This document shows, in pieces, positions 38,293-48,184 of a DNA stretch of 64,000 nucleotides. Numbering within the stretch: position 1 is the first letter of the stretch; each line of letters opens with the position of its first letter. The DNA comes from Acidimicrobiia bacterium (lineage in GTDB: Bacteria > Actinomycetota > Acidimicrobiia > Spongiisociales > ZC4RG35). A program made the position numbers and the translations under genes. The stretch covers positions 2,688,001 to 2,752,000 of the forward strand of contig CBDBCY010000004.1 of the NCBI GenBank assembly GCA_965203555.1, read 5' to 3'. The notes under the pieces were generated by a model. That model was not told the DNA's origin. It did no database searches and saw only the letters and a program-made list of their open reading frames with translations.

Positions 38293-39879
38293 ATGGAACT
38301 GTTCGAAAGCTGGGCTCTTAGCCTGATTGTCTTCCTGCCCCTGGCGGGAGCGCTGGTGGCGTTGGCCATTCCCAAAGAACGGGAAGAGGCGGTGAAGCTG
38401 TGGGCGCTCGGGGTGAGCGGCGTTACTTTGGTCCTGGCGGTGATAGTGGCCGCCCGCTTCGACTTCGGATCAGCGAGCCGGTTCCAATTCGAAGTGGATG
38501 TGCCCTGGATCGCCTCGATCGGCGCCAACTACCACATCGGGGTGGACGGGATCAGCCTGCCGCTGCTGGTGCTGTCCGCCCTGGTGGTGGTGCTGTGCGT
38601 CATCTACTCCTGGAAGCACTGGGACGAGCCCCACAACCCCCGGGCTTTCCTGGTTCTGATGCTGATCCTGGCCACGGGGATGAACGGGACCTTCGTGGCG
38701 CTCGACCTGGTGCTGTTCTTCATCTTCTTCGAGTTGGTGCTGCTGCCCATGTACTTCATGATCGGGATCTGGGGAGACCGCACCATGCGCAAGATCCCCG
38801 GATTCAAAAAAGAGGTGGAGACCCGCCTGTATGCCGCCATCAAGTTCTTCATCTTCACGCTGTTCGGCTCGGCTTTCATGCTGCTCGGCTTCCTGGCGCT
38901 TTACTTCAAGTCGGGCACGGGAGGGCTCCACCCCACCTTCGACATCCCCGAGTTGATCGGACGGGGCTTCATTTTCGAGGGAACCTTCGCCTGGCTGGTG
39001 TTCGGAGCGATGTTCCTGGGATTCGCGGTGAAGGTGCCCATGTGGCCGTTCCACACCTGGCTGCCCGACGCCCATACCGCGGCGCCCACGGTCGGCTCGG
39101 TGCTCTTGGCCGCCATCCTCCTGAAGCTGGGCTCCTATGCTTTCATCCGGATCTCCATCCCCATACTTCCCGACACCGCCCGGGAGTGGGCGCCGGCCAT
39201 CGCGGTGCTCAGCGTCATCGGGATCATCTACGGATCGCTTGCGTGCCTGGCGCAGACCGACGTCAAACGCCTGATCGCATTCTCTTCGGTGGGACACATG
39301 GGCTTTGTCATGCTGGGCATCGCCACTCTCACCGAGGTGGGGATCAACGCCGCCATCATCGGGATGGTGGCTCACGGGCTGATCACCGGCCTGTTGTTCT
39401 TTTTGGCCGGGTCCATGCATCACCGCTACCACACCCGGGAGATGTCCCGGCTGGGTGGCAACCTGAAGCTGATGCCCGTGCTGGGAGGGATCCTGGGCTT
39501 CACCGCCATGGCCAGCCTCGGCCTGCCCGGTCTCGCCGGGTTCTGGGGAGAGTTCATGGCGCTTTTGGGGTCCTACCAGCCGCTGCCGGGCCTTTCCACC
39601 GAGTTTTTCCGCACCGCCATGGTGATCGGCGCCATCGGGACGGTGCTCACTGCCGGATACATGCTGTGGATGCTGCAGAAGGTCAACCTGGGAGAGCCGT
39701 CGTCGGAGTGGGCGGGTAAGAAGTTCCACGACGTCGACCGCTACGAGATGGCCGCCTGGGTACCGCTGATCGTGCTGATCGTGGCGGTGGGGGTGTATCC
39801 CAAGCTGGTGCTGGGGGTCACCACCGACGCGGTGGTGGGACTGGTGGAGACGGCCTTCTCGTCAGTCCTCGGAGGCTGA
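38293..39879 (+). CDS. nuoM: NADH-quinone oxidoreductase subunit M
   Basis: GVDGIS, VKVPMWPFHTWLPDAH, KRLIAFSSVGHMG, LGLPGLAGFWGE. Confidence 0.95.
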   Translation: MELFESWALSLIVFLPLAGALVALAIPKEREEAVKLWALGVSGVTLVLAVIVAARFDFGSASRFQFEVDVPWIASIGANYHIGVDGISLPLLVLSALVVVLCVIYSWKHWDEPHNPRAFLVLMLILATGMNGTFVALDLVLFFIFFELVLLPMYFMIGIWGDRTMRKIPGFKKEVETRLYAAIKFFIFTLFGSAFMLLGFLALYFKSGTGGLHPTFDIPELIGRGFIFEGTFAWLVFGAMFLGFAVKVPMWPFHTWLPDAHTAAPTVGSVLLAAILLKLGSYAFIRISIPILPDTAREWAPAIAVLSVIGIIYGSLACLAQTDVKRLIAFSSVGHMGFVMLGIATLTEVGINAAIIGMVAHGLITGLLFFLAGSMHHRYHTREMSRLGGNLKLMPVLGGILGFTAMASLGLPGLAGFWGEFMALLGSYQPLPGLSTEFFRTAMVIGAIGTVLTAGYMLWMLQKVNLGEPSSEWAGKKFHDVDRYEMAAWVPLIVLIVAVGVYPKLVLGVTTDAVVGLVETAFSSVLGG

Positions 39880-39882
39880 GCG

Positions 39883-41364
39883 ATGCCGCGGATCGACTGG
39901 CTGGCCATCGCGCCCGAGTTGGTGGTGGCCGCAGCGCTGCTGGTGGTGCTGGCAGTCGATCTGTTCCTGCCGAGGGAGCGCAAGTACTACGTGGCGGCCC
40001 TGGCGCTGGTGGGAACCGCACTGGCGATGGTGCCGGTGATTCTCATGGCGGTCTCCGGCGATTCCTATTCGATGTTCGACGGTTCCTACGTGGTCGACCC
40101 CTTCGCACTGGTGCTGAAGGGAGTGTTCCTGGTCGCCGGATACCTGGTGCTCCTGCTTTCTGTCTCCTACGTGGAGTCGGATCGCTTTTACCAGGGGGAG
40201 TACTACCTTCTGCTCCTCTCATCTCTGCTGGGTTCCATGGTTCTGACCTCGGCGCGGGATCTGGTGGTGCTGTTCGTTGCCCTGGAACTCACCACCGGAC
40301 CGTTGTTCCTGCTGGCCGGCTGGCGCAAGGGCGACCTGCGCTCCAACGAGGCTTCTCTCAAGTTCTTCATCATCGGGGTGCTCTCCACCGGCCTGATGCT
40401 CTATGGAATGTCGCTTCTGTTCGGGCTCACCGGCGAACTCTCCTTCACAGGGATCCGCGAGGCGATCGCTTCCGGCGACATGGCTTCGGAACCGGTGCTG
40501 GGCCTGGCCGTACTCTTGATCCTGGTGGGATTCGGTTTCAAGGTGTCGGCCGTGCCGTTCCACTTCTGGGCGCCGGACACCTACCAGGGGTCGCCTCCGC
40601 CGGTCACCGCCTACCTGTCGGTTTCCTCCAAACTGGCCGGGTTCGTGGCCATGCTGGCGGTGGTCTACCTGGCGTTGCCGGCCGTCACCGACTTCTGGGG
40701 GCCGGCGCTGTGGCTGATGGCGGCCGCCTCCATGACCGTCGCCAACCTGTCGGCTCTTCGCCAGACCCATCTGATCCGCCTGCTGGCCTACTCCTCGGTG
40801 GCCCAGGCCGGGTTCATGTTGGTGCCCTTCGCCGGGGCGGCGATCGCCCGGGACGGTCTGGCGGAAGGGTTGGGCGCCACGGTCATCTACCTGGTGATCT
40901 ACGCGGTGATGAACCTGGGCGCCTTCGCGGTGGTGATCGCCGGCGGCCGCCGGATCGGAAGCTACGAGATCTCAGACTGGAGGGGTCTGGGTTCCTACGC
41001 CCCCCGCCTGGGCGTGATGCTGGCGGTGTTCTTCCTGTCGCTGGCGGGGCTTCCTCCCCTGGCCGGGTGGTTCGCCAAGTTCGTGATGTTCCGGGCGGTA
41101 CTGATCTCCACCGGCCCGGCCGGCGTGTGGCTGGCGGTGATCGCGGCGGTGAACGCGGTGGTGGCCTTCTACTACTACGCCCGGGTGGTGAAGAGCGCCT
41201 GGTTCGACCAGGCCCCCGACGCGATCCCCGAGGACACCGAGACCGGCCCCACCGCACCTCTCAACCTGGCGATGGGAGTGTCGCTGGTGGTGGTGCTGGT
41301 GGTGGGCGCCTTCCCGGCCATAGCGACCTTCTTCGGCGACGCGGCGGCGGCGCTGGTTCCCTGA
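39883..41364 (+). CDS. nuoN: NADH-quinone oxidoreductase subunit N
   Basis: EASLKFF, FKVSAVPFHFWAPDTYQG, RLLAYSS, SLAGLPPLAGWFAK. Confidence 0.95.
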   Translation: MPRIDWLAIAPELVVAAALLVVLAVDLFLPRERKYYVAALALVGTALAMVPVILMAVSGDSYSMFDGSYVVDPFALVLKGVFLVAGYLVLLLSVSYVESDRFYQGEYYLLLLSSLLGSMVLTSARDLVVLFVALELTTGPLFLLAGWRKGDLRSNEASLKFFIIGVLSTGLMLYGMSLLFGLTGELSFTGIREAIASGDMASEPVLGLAVLLILVGFGFKVSAVPFHFWAPDTYQGSPPPVTAYLSVSSKLAGFVAMLAVVYLALPAVTDFWGPALWLMAAASMTVANLSALRQTHLIRLLAYSSVAQAGFMLVPFAGAAIARDGLAEGLGATVIYLVIYAVMNLGAFAVVIAGGRRIGSYEISDWRGLGSYAPRLGVMLAVFFLSLAGLPPLAGWFAKFVMFRAVLISTGPAGVWLAVIAAVNAVVAFYYYARVVKSAWFDQAPDAIPEDTETGPTAPLNLAMGVSLVVVLVVGAFPAIATFFGDAAAALVP

Positions 41365-42003
41365 CCGCAGCAACACCCATTCCCCGGATCAGGCCGGGCC
41401 GCGCTTTTCATCACATTGGTTACGGACCGGTAGAAAGCGGCCCGCCGGGTTCGCCCAACACGACCAACCACCCAGGCGCGACCTTCGAACCCCCGGCCGA
41501 CGACGCCGGCCCCGGCGGCAGCGGTGACTCAACCCGACGTCCACAGGGTGTCGATGGAACAGGCGGTCGCGCATTTTTAGGTTCTGCCGACCGGTGTGGA
41601 CCAGAATGCCTGCTCGGAACGATCCGGGCGCCGCTCTGTCCAAGTATTCGCGGAGCCAGGCGATGTGGAGGGCTTGGGCTTTCTAACCTTGGTCTACTTT
41701 ACAATTATCCTCACGACTAATGACCATATTTTCGCCACGGTAGTTGCCAAATCTCTCCCATGCTTCAACTCACAGGTTCTTGAATCCCGATGTGATCCGA
41801 GTCGTATTCCCAGAGTTGGACGCGCCCCTCCCGGCAGTGTTCTTGGCGCCGCGTCCCAGCGCCGGTTCCCTGATCGGAGGCCGCAACCGAAGGCGGTTTC
41901 AAGGTTGTGCGGTGCTCTCTCGTAGCCTCAAAGTCCGGGAACATCGTATAATGAGATGTGTCGAAGACGCCTTTGAAAGGGGAGGTTGATGGGGGGCATG
42001 GAG

Positions 42004-42306
42004 ATGGCATCGCCAAAGCAAGAAGGGGTGGACCGCAGGCATCCAACCCGCACGAAAGAGGAAGTTGCCCGCCTCGGCAAGGAGATCTATCAACGGCACA
42101 TCCGGCGGCAGGTGGAGGCGGACAACGTCGGAGAGGTGGTCTCCATTGATGTGGAGACCGGCAGTTGGGCCATTGGCCACGATGTGCTGGAAGCGGCGGA
42201 TCGCTTGCGGGAGCAGCGCCCGGACGCTGTCAACGTGTGGAGTGAGCGGGTCGGGTACAGGACCATGGCAAGCATGGGGGGCGGTCCCCTGCGAAGGACA
42301 GGGTGA
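42004..42306 (+). CDS. Small hypothetical protein coupled to a clan AA aspartic protease gene
   Basis: EEVARLGKEIYQRHIRRQVE..GEVVSIDVETG..AADRL..W.ERVG; GGAG RBS; GTGA overlap with next gene. Confidence 0.75.
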   Translation: MASPKQEGVDRRHPTRTKEEVARLGKEIYQRHIRRQVEADNVGEVVSIDVETGSWAIGHDVLEAADRLREQRPDAVNVWSERVGYRTMASMGGGPLRRTG

Positions 42307-42708
42307 TACAGGGCGTGTTAAAACGCCGCCCACCAACCTGTCGTATCACCAGCATTCCAAGGTCCCTCCGGGCAAAGCCCCGAGGTTGAGGCCGTCGTCG
42401 ACACCGGATTCAGCGAGTTCCTGATTCTGCCGCCGGAATTGGTGACTGAACTGAGGTTGCCCCCGGTGTCCACCGCTTCGGCGACGCTGGCCGATGGCAG
42501 TGAAGCGACGTTCGACGTGTACATGGCAACGGTTCTGTGGGACGGCCAACGCCGCCATGTCGGCGCCTACATGTCCGACACCGACCCTCTCGCAGGTATG
42601 CGTCTTCTGGACCGGCACAGCTTGTACATCGAGGTGAAGAGGGGTGGCCGCGTCGCAATCCGGTCTTTGTCAGGGAGCAGCGGAGCCTCCCCGAGGACCT
42701 ATCCGTGA
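42303..42708 (+). pseudogene. Clan AA (retropepsin-like) aspartic protease, +1 frameshift in A-run at ~42320-42323
   Basis: Corrected frame MIQGVLNAAHQPVVS..EAVVDTGFSEFLILP..LADGS..VLWDG..PLAGM; DTG catalytic motif. Could be a sequencing error. Confidence 0.75.
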
Positions 42709-43664
42709 AGAGCCTGACGCAATGCCTCTGATTGCACTGCTTTCCACCGACGACTGGTTGCCGCCTCGGGCAGCATCAGTTCGCTGCCATGGAAAGCTCC
42801 GGGAAAGACATGCAACTCGGTGGGCACGCCCGCCTGGATGAGGCGCACGGCGTAGTCGATGTCCTCATCCACGAAAAGGTCCAATTCTCCCACCATGATG
42901 CAAGCGGGAGGCAGGCCCGACAGGTCCTCGGCGCGGGTCGGGGAGGCGTAGGGGGAAACGTCGTCGGATCCCCGCGCCTCTCCCAGCAGAGCGGTCCACC
43001 CGGAAATGTTCAATTTGCGATTCCACACCTTGGGATGCTGCACGTAGTGGCTGGCGTGAGTGATGCTGCGGTCGTCCAGCATGGGATAGATGAGGTGCTG
43101 GAAGATAATGTCGGGGCCTCCGCGGTCTCTGGCCAGCAGCGCCAGGGCGGCCGCCAACCCGCCACCCGCCGAGCCGCCTCCGATGGCGATCCTCTCCCGG
43201 TCCACTCCCAGGCTATCGGCGTTGTCCGCAAACCACTTCAGCCCCGCGTAGCAGTCCTCGATCGGTGCCGGATGCGGGTGTTCGGGCGCCAGCCGGTATT
43301 CCACCGATGCCACCACGCAGCCCATCTCGGCTGCGGTCGCCTTGGAGGCGGGGTCTTCCATGGAGGCGTACCCGATCACCATTCCTCCTCCGTGGATCCA
43401 GTAGTAACCGGGCGCCGGCGCCTCCAGATCCGATGGCGTGTATACCCGTACCATCACGTCGGGTTCTCCCGTCGGGCCCGGCGCCCAGTGATTCTCCACC
43501 TCCACACCCGGCACCTCCGGCGCGTTGGCGAACATGGCGTCCACCAGGACGTCAAGCGTTTCACGAAGTCTTGGGATGTCGGAGTGATCCAATGCCTCGT
43601 CGGGGATCGTCTCCAGGACAGCCTTACTCTGTTCATCCAGACGGTCTTCGTAGTCCACGGTCAT
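42699..43664 (-). CDS. Alpha/beta hydrolase (HSL-family esterase/lipase)
   Basis: IHGGG, YRLAPEHP, GGSAGG nucleophile, D..FHG triad residues. Confidence 0.92.
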   Translation of the reverse strand: MTVDYEDRLDEQSKAVLETIPDEALDHSDIPRLRETLDVLVDAMFANAPEVPGVEVENHWAPGPTGEPDVMVRVYTPSDLEAPAPGYYWIHGGGMVIGYASMEDPASKATAAEMGCVVASVEYRLAPEHPHPAPIEDCYAGLKWFADNADSLGVDRERIAIGGGSAGGGLAAALALLARDRGGPDIIFQHLIYPMLDDRSITHASHYVQHPKVWNRKLNISGWTALLGEARGSDDVSPYASPTRAEDLSGLPPACIMVGELDLFVDEDIDYAVRLIQAGVPTELHVFPGAFHGSELMLPEAATSRRWKAVQSEALRQALHG

Positions 43665-43751
43665 GCTGCCTTCTCCTGAGTCGACCCTGCCGCACATGAT
43701 AAGTCACGAATCAAGGACGGGACCCCGATCCGGATCAGATTGATAAAAGGC

Positions 43752-45356
43752 TCAATTGAGCCACTTGTCCCACAGCAGATAGAGGAACGAGAGGAACGTC
43801 CCCGTTGCTACGACCGCGGAAGTCCAGTTGGCGATGCGGCGTTCTCGTCGACCCCAACCGGCATCCATGAAAATCGAGATTCCACTGGAATCTGCCCCGG
43901 ACGGTTTGTCGCGGCCCTTGAGCGAGCCGGCGGCGTGGAAGGCGGAGGCGACGATTGCCGTGCAGAACGAGATGGCGAACAACTCCACCAGCCATCCCGT
44001 CCATCCCTCCAAGGCGGGTTGAACAACCATCGCCAGCACAACCGCCGCGGCGCCGTACAGGCCCATGGTGAACATTCGGGCCAGGTTGAGACCATTGGCG
44101 ATCAGTGGATATTTGATGCCCAACGGCTCTTCATCTGGCGAACGTGGCCGGCGCAGGGCGTGTTTCCCGACCAAGGCGGGGGAGGTGCTCGTAAAGCGGA
44201 GACCCAACAGCAATGTGAAAGCCCCGGCAAGCAGGGCCAGTATGCCGAAAAACCGCCCGCTGCTCCACAAGGGGCCTGCGTCTCTGAAATAGACGAAGGC
44301 GCCGGTTGTCCACATGGCCAGGATGGCCGACTTGAATCCCCGGCTGATCTCGACCTCGGAGTTGATGAGGATGTTGGAGGCGATGATGGCGCAGGTCCCG
44401 ACGATGAGATAGTCGACGCGCGAGATGTTGATTTCCCAGAACAGGGCAAGCCACAGCACCCCGAACAACGGTTCGGCGTAGCCCAGCGCATTGATTCCGA
44501 GAGTATGGGTCATCAGGTTGGCTTTCCGCCACAAGATGGAGGCGGTGACCCGTACGGTGGCGCCGAGAACCAGTCCCATCAGTATTACATCGAGTTGGAT
44601 CTGTTCCAATGCGACCAGGCTGAATCCTGCTTTGATCGGAGCTGTGAAGGCATTGCTGAGACAGACCACCACGGTGATGAAGAACAACTCCATGCTGTGG
44701 GACTCCTCTGGTTGCCTTCGAACCCTGGCTTTGCGAGCCAGGTCGGTTGCCCAGGAGAAGGTGAAGATGTTGAAAGTGATGAGCACTCCGCTCAGCAAGG
44801 CCAGGGCAAACCCCAGATAGGACGAGTCCGACGCCCAATCGAGTCCACTCTGGGTGCTCGATTGGGCCAGCACCACGTACGCCAGGCCGATCAGGCTGAA
44901 AAACATCAACATCACCAGCGAAGGTGTGATCTTGCGATACCTCGCGGGCCGGGCCGCCCTGCCGCTGAAGATCCGCTGGAGGAGGAATACGAAAAGGATG
45001 GGCCAGCATCCCCACAGGATGGTGGCTACCGTGGCGTCGATGAACTGGGTGCTCCATGCGAAGAAGGTGAACTCGAACGAGCCCAGCAGGATCAACAGAA
45101 TCGGCCAGCTGACAATGTTCCGGCGGACGAGACTGCGAATGTCCGGATCGCGCAGTTGCGGCCTGTACCTGGCTGCCAGAAACGCCAGGGCGCCCACCGA
45201 TGTGCCTGCCGATAGAAAGGCGCCGAAGAGAAATGGGCTGTCAGGGGCGCCCACCACCACCATCGCCAAGGGCAGTACCGATATGGATGTTACGGAGATG
45301 AGCACGTATGTGGCAGCGGTCCGGTTGCGCTCCATCTCGGCAGAGAGAGAAGCCAT
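43752..45356 (-). CDS. Polytopic membrane protein, EamA/DMT-like with C-terminal TM extension
   Basis: About 14 hydrophobic segments; DMT-like 'ATILWGCWPILF' and 'LGYAEPLFGVLW'. Confidence 0.6.
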   Translation of the reverse strand: MASLSAEMERNRTAATYVLISVTSISVLPLAMVVVGAPDSPFLFGAFLSAGTSVGALAFLAARYRPQLRDPDIRSLVRRNIVSWPILLILLGSFEFTFFAWSTQFIDATVATILWGCWPILFVFLLQRIFSGRAARPARYRKITPSLVMLMFFSLIGLAYVVLAQSSTQSGLDWASDSSYLGFALALLSGVLITFNIFTFSWATDLARKARVRRQPEESHSMELFFITVVVCLSNAFTAPIKAGFSLVALEQIQLDVILMGLVLGATVRVTASILWRKANLMTHTLGINALGYAEPLFGVLWLALFWEINISRVDYLIVGTCAIIASNILINSEVEISRGFKSAILAMWTTGAFVYFRDAGPLWSSGRFFGILALLAGAFTLLLGLRFTSTSPALVGKHALRRPRSPDEEPLGIKYPLIANGLNLARMFTMGLYGAAAVVLAMVVQPALEGWTGWLVELFAISFCTAIVASAFHAAGSLKGRDKPSGADSSGISIFMDAGWGRRERRIANWTSAVVATGTFLSFLYLLWDKWLN

Positions 45357-45505
45357 CACAGACAGGCTACCGACCGATCGGGCCGCGGTGGGCGCGTGGT
45401 AGCATGCGGCGCCCACCGGTGTCCGGGCCATTGCGGGAACCGAGCAGTTTGCCAAGCGCTCCCTCCCGGGCACTTGGGCCGTGGGTGAGGTATATGCTCA
45501 TACAT

Positions 45506-45757
45506 ATGCGCACTACTATCGATCTTCCCGATGACCTGTACCGCCAGGTTAAGGTGGCCGCAGCCCGAGAGGGTGTGACGTTGCGGTCGATCATCGAGAG
45601 AGGGTTGCGAAATGAACTTGCCCGGCTCAAGGCAGGGTCTTATCAGTTGCCCGACCTCTCGTTTGGAGGCCAGGGGATCTCTTCAGACATAGATGAGGAA
45701 GATTGGCCGACGATACGGGACATGGTTTACGGGGTCGGCGCCGATGATCGCGGTTGA
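45506..45757 (+). CDS. vapB: VapB-type antitoxin (RHH)
   Basis: MRTTIDLPDDLYRQVKVAAAREGVTLRSIIERGLR; overlaps PIN gene. Confidence 0.85.
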   Translation: MRTTIDLPDDLYRQVKVAAAREGVTLRSIIERGLRNELARLKAGSYQLPDLSFGGQGISSDIDEEDWPTIRDMVYGVGADDRG

Positions 45758-46174
45758 TTCGAATATCCTGGTCTATGCCCACCGTTCGGATTAGAGGTTT
45801 CATGGCTCGGCTGCAGATGCACTGGCTTCGCTTGCGTCCGGCGACACCGTTTGGGTTCATCCCTGGCCCTGCATCCACGAATTCTTGTCGGTGGTTACGA
45901 GACCGAAGCTCTACGAACCGCCGACTCCGATAAAACGGGCTTTGCTGCAGGTGGCCGCATGGGCGGCATCACTATCGGTGAGGCTTCTCCACGAGACCGA
46001 GCACCATCTGAGGATCCTTGCCGGCCTCCTCCGCCGTCATCGTCAACCGGGATCCGTGTTCATGACGCCCGTATCGCGGCGATCTGTATGGGCCACCAGG
46101 TAAGGGAACTGTGGACTGCCGACTCCGACTTCAAACGTTTTCCGATCTTGATCAGAAACCCCGTCGCCGGATAG
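45744..46174 (+). pseudogene. vapC: VapC PIN toxin pseudogene
   Basis: MIAVDSNILVYAH then TAG at 45792-45794; PWPCIHEFL; frameshift near 46040 before VHDARIAAIC..LWTADSDF. Confidence 0.85.
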
Positions 46175-46244
46175 ACGGCTCTTCCTGCCCTGCGGTGATA
46201 TCCGGACCGGGCGAGGGGCTTCCGGTTTCACCCCTGACGAATAG

Positions 46245-46700
46245 TCACAGAACGCAGAACTCGTTTCCCTCGGGATCGGTCATCACCACCCACCGGCCCA
46301 CCGGTTCATCAAATCGTTCGATCTCGGCGGCGCCCCTGGCGATCAGAGCCTTGATCTTGGCTTCGCGATTGCGATCGTGTTGGTCCTCGGGCAGGGATCG
46401 GTCGACGACGTCGACATCCAGGTGCCAGCGGTTCTTGACGGCCTTGACCTCGGGGACTTTCTGGAACAGGATCCGGGGGCCGATCCCCTGGGGATCTATG
46501 ACCGCCGCGTAGCGTTCCCGGTCTTCTTCCGAGAGGTGCATGGCGTCGGCGAAGGACTCCCAGGTATCGAAGCCCTCGGGCGGCGGCTGGAGGATGTATC
46601 CCAGTGCGAAACCCCAGAACTCGGCCAGCCGGTTGGGATCCGCTGCATCAACGGTCACGTTCTTGAGGCGGATGCCCTGGCGGTTGGGGAAGATACTCAT
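46245..46700 (-). CDS. VOC (glyoxalase-like) family protein
   Basis: VDAADPNRLAEFW, LFQKVPE.K..KNRWHLDV, MTDPEGNEFC. Confidence 0.9.
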   Translation of the reverse strand: MSIFPNRQGIRLKNVTVDAADPNRLAEFWGFALGYILQPPPEGFDTWESFADAMHLSEEDRERYAAVIDPQGIGPRILFQKVPEVKAVKNRWHLDVDVVDRSLPEDQHDRNREAKIKALIARGAAEIERFDEPVGRWVVMTDPEGNEFCVL

Positions 46701-46880
46701 AGGGTCGAGAATATCAAAGGCCGGTCACCCGACCGGCCGTAAACGGAGGCTCGTCGCCGCGTGGCTCGGCAGGGGCGACCCGACCCAGAAGTTGATCTTC
46801 TCCAGCAGTGAGATCCCTCATCCCCAAAGTGGATGCCACCAGGTTGGCGCTATTCTACCTTCTAAGGAATATTGGTACCT

Positions 46881-47123
46881 ATGGTTTTGAGCATCAAGAA
46901 TGCGAAGGCGGATCAACTGGCCCGGGAACTGGCCGAGTTGACGGGAGAGACAATCACCGATGCGGTTGTGGCCGCGTTGCAGGCGCGTCTGGAAGTAGAG
47001 CGGCGGCGAGGCCGGAATCGCGCGCTCCGCGACATCGTGGAACGGTTCAGCCGGCTGGAAGTACTCGACAAGCGTGCGCCCGACGACATCCTCGGCTACG
47101 ACGGGTACGGACTTCCATCGTGA
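46881..47123 (+). CDS. vapB: VapB antitoxin (Rv0623-like)
   Basis: LSIKNAKADQLARELAELTGETITDAV..ILGYDGYGLP. Confidence 0.88.
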   Translation: MVLSIKNAKADQLARELAELTGETITDAVVAALQARLEVERRRGRNRALRDIVERFSRLEVLDKRAPDDILGYDGYGLPS

Positions 47124-47506
47124 TCGTGGTCGATTCCTCGGCGATTGTGGCGGTGCTGTTCGGCGAGCGTGGTGGTCGGGAAGTCGAGCGTAAACTGCTG
47201 GATTCACCCTGCGTCATGTCGGCGGCGACGCGGGTGGAGTTAGGGATCGTCATCGAATCGCGGGCCGGTGCGGAGGGTGCGCAGCTCCTCCAGGAACTGC
47301 TGTCTCGCATCGAAGTCCAGATATCACCCGTGGATGTGGAGATCGCCGACGAGGCGATCATTGCCTGGCGCCGCTTCGGAAAGGGCAGGCATCCGGCGGG
47401 CCTCAATTACGGTGACACCTTCGCCTATGCGCTGGCTCACCGATCGGCCCTTCCGTTGCTGTTCGTTGGCGACGACTTCGCTCGAACCGACGTGCTGGTT
47501 GCCTGA
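47120..47506 (+). CDS. vapC: VapC PIN-domain toxin
   Basis: VVDSSAIVAVL, FGKGRHPAGLNYGD.FAYA, LLFVGDDF..TD; GTGA overlap. Confidence 0.92.
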   Translation: MIVVDSSAIVAVLFGERGGREVERKLLDSPCVMSAATRVELGIVIESRAGAEGAQLLQELLSRIEVQISPVDVEIADEAIIAWRRFGKGRHPAGLNYGDTFAYALAHRSALPLLFVGDDFARTDVLVA

Positions 47507-47539
47507 TGGGCGGCAATGAGATTCGAAATGGTCGAGACC

Positions 47540-48184
47540 TCATCGTCTCCGTGACATGACTCCGGCAGCTCTTTGAAGCGCGGCCCGGCACGGCTCCACC
47601 ACCGGCATTCCCAGATCGACGGCCAGGCGGTCGGCCATCCGGGTCATCCCGGCGCATCCCAGCACCAGCACCTCGGCGCCGGTTTCCCGAAGCCGGGTTC
47701 CGGCGGCCAGAACGTCCCGGTAGGCATCTTCGCCTTCCAGGTCGAGCACACCGCGTCCGCAGGCGATCTCGTCCACGATGTTCCCGGTCACCCCCAGCTT
47801 GTCCCAGTAGACCCGGTGGCGGGGGATCGCCTTGTCCAACCCGGCGATGATCCCCACCGAGGGCGAGATCTGAAGCGCGACATGAATGGACGACTCGGCG
47901 ATCCCGAACACCGGCGCATCGAATTCCTCCCGGGCCGAAGCCAATCCCGGGTCGGAGAAGCACCCCACCACGTAGGCGTCGGCCGGGTGGTTGCGCAGCG
48001 TCTCCAGCATCGAGGAGGCGCAGTCCAACACGTCCTGGTCGGATTCGATGGCCGCCGGGCCGCCCCGGTTGGTGATCACCTCCACGTCAAGGTCCGTTCC
48101 GACGGTTTCTGATGCGGCTTCGGCGAGCATGGCGGTGATGTAGTCGGTGCTATTGGGATTGATCATCACTACTTTGGCTTTCAT
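47540..48184 (-). CDS. Asp/Glu/hydantoin (allantoin-type) racemase
   Basis: INPNST, GCFSDPG, LGCAGM (two catalytic Cys); ATGA-coupled to decarboxylase. Confidence 0.88.
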   Translation of the reverse strand: MKAKVVMINPNSTDYITAMLAEAASETVGTDLDVEVITNRGGPAAIESDQDVLDCASSMLETLRNHPADAYVVGCFSDPGLASAREEFDAPVFGIAESSIHVALQISPSVGIIAGLDKAIPRHRVYWDKLGVTGNIVDEIACGRGVLDLEGEDAYRDVLAAGTRLRETGAEVLVLGCAGMTRMADRLAVDLGMPVVEPCRAALQRAAGVMSRRR

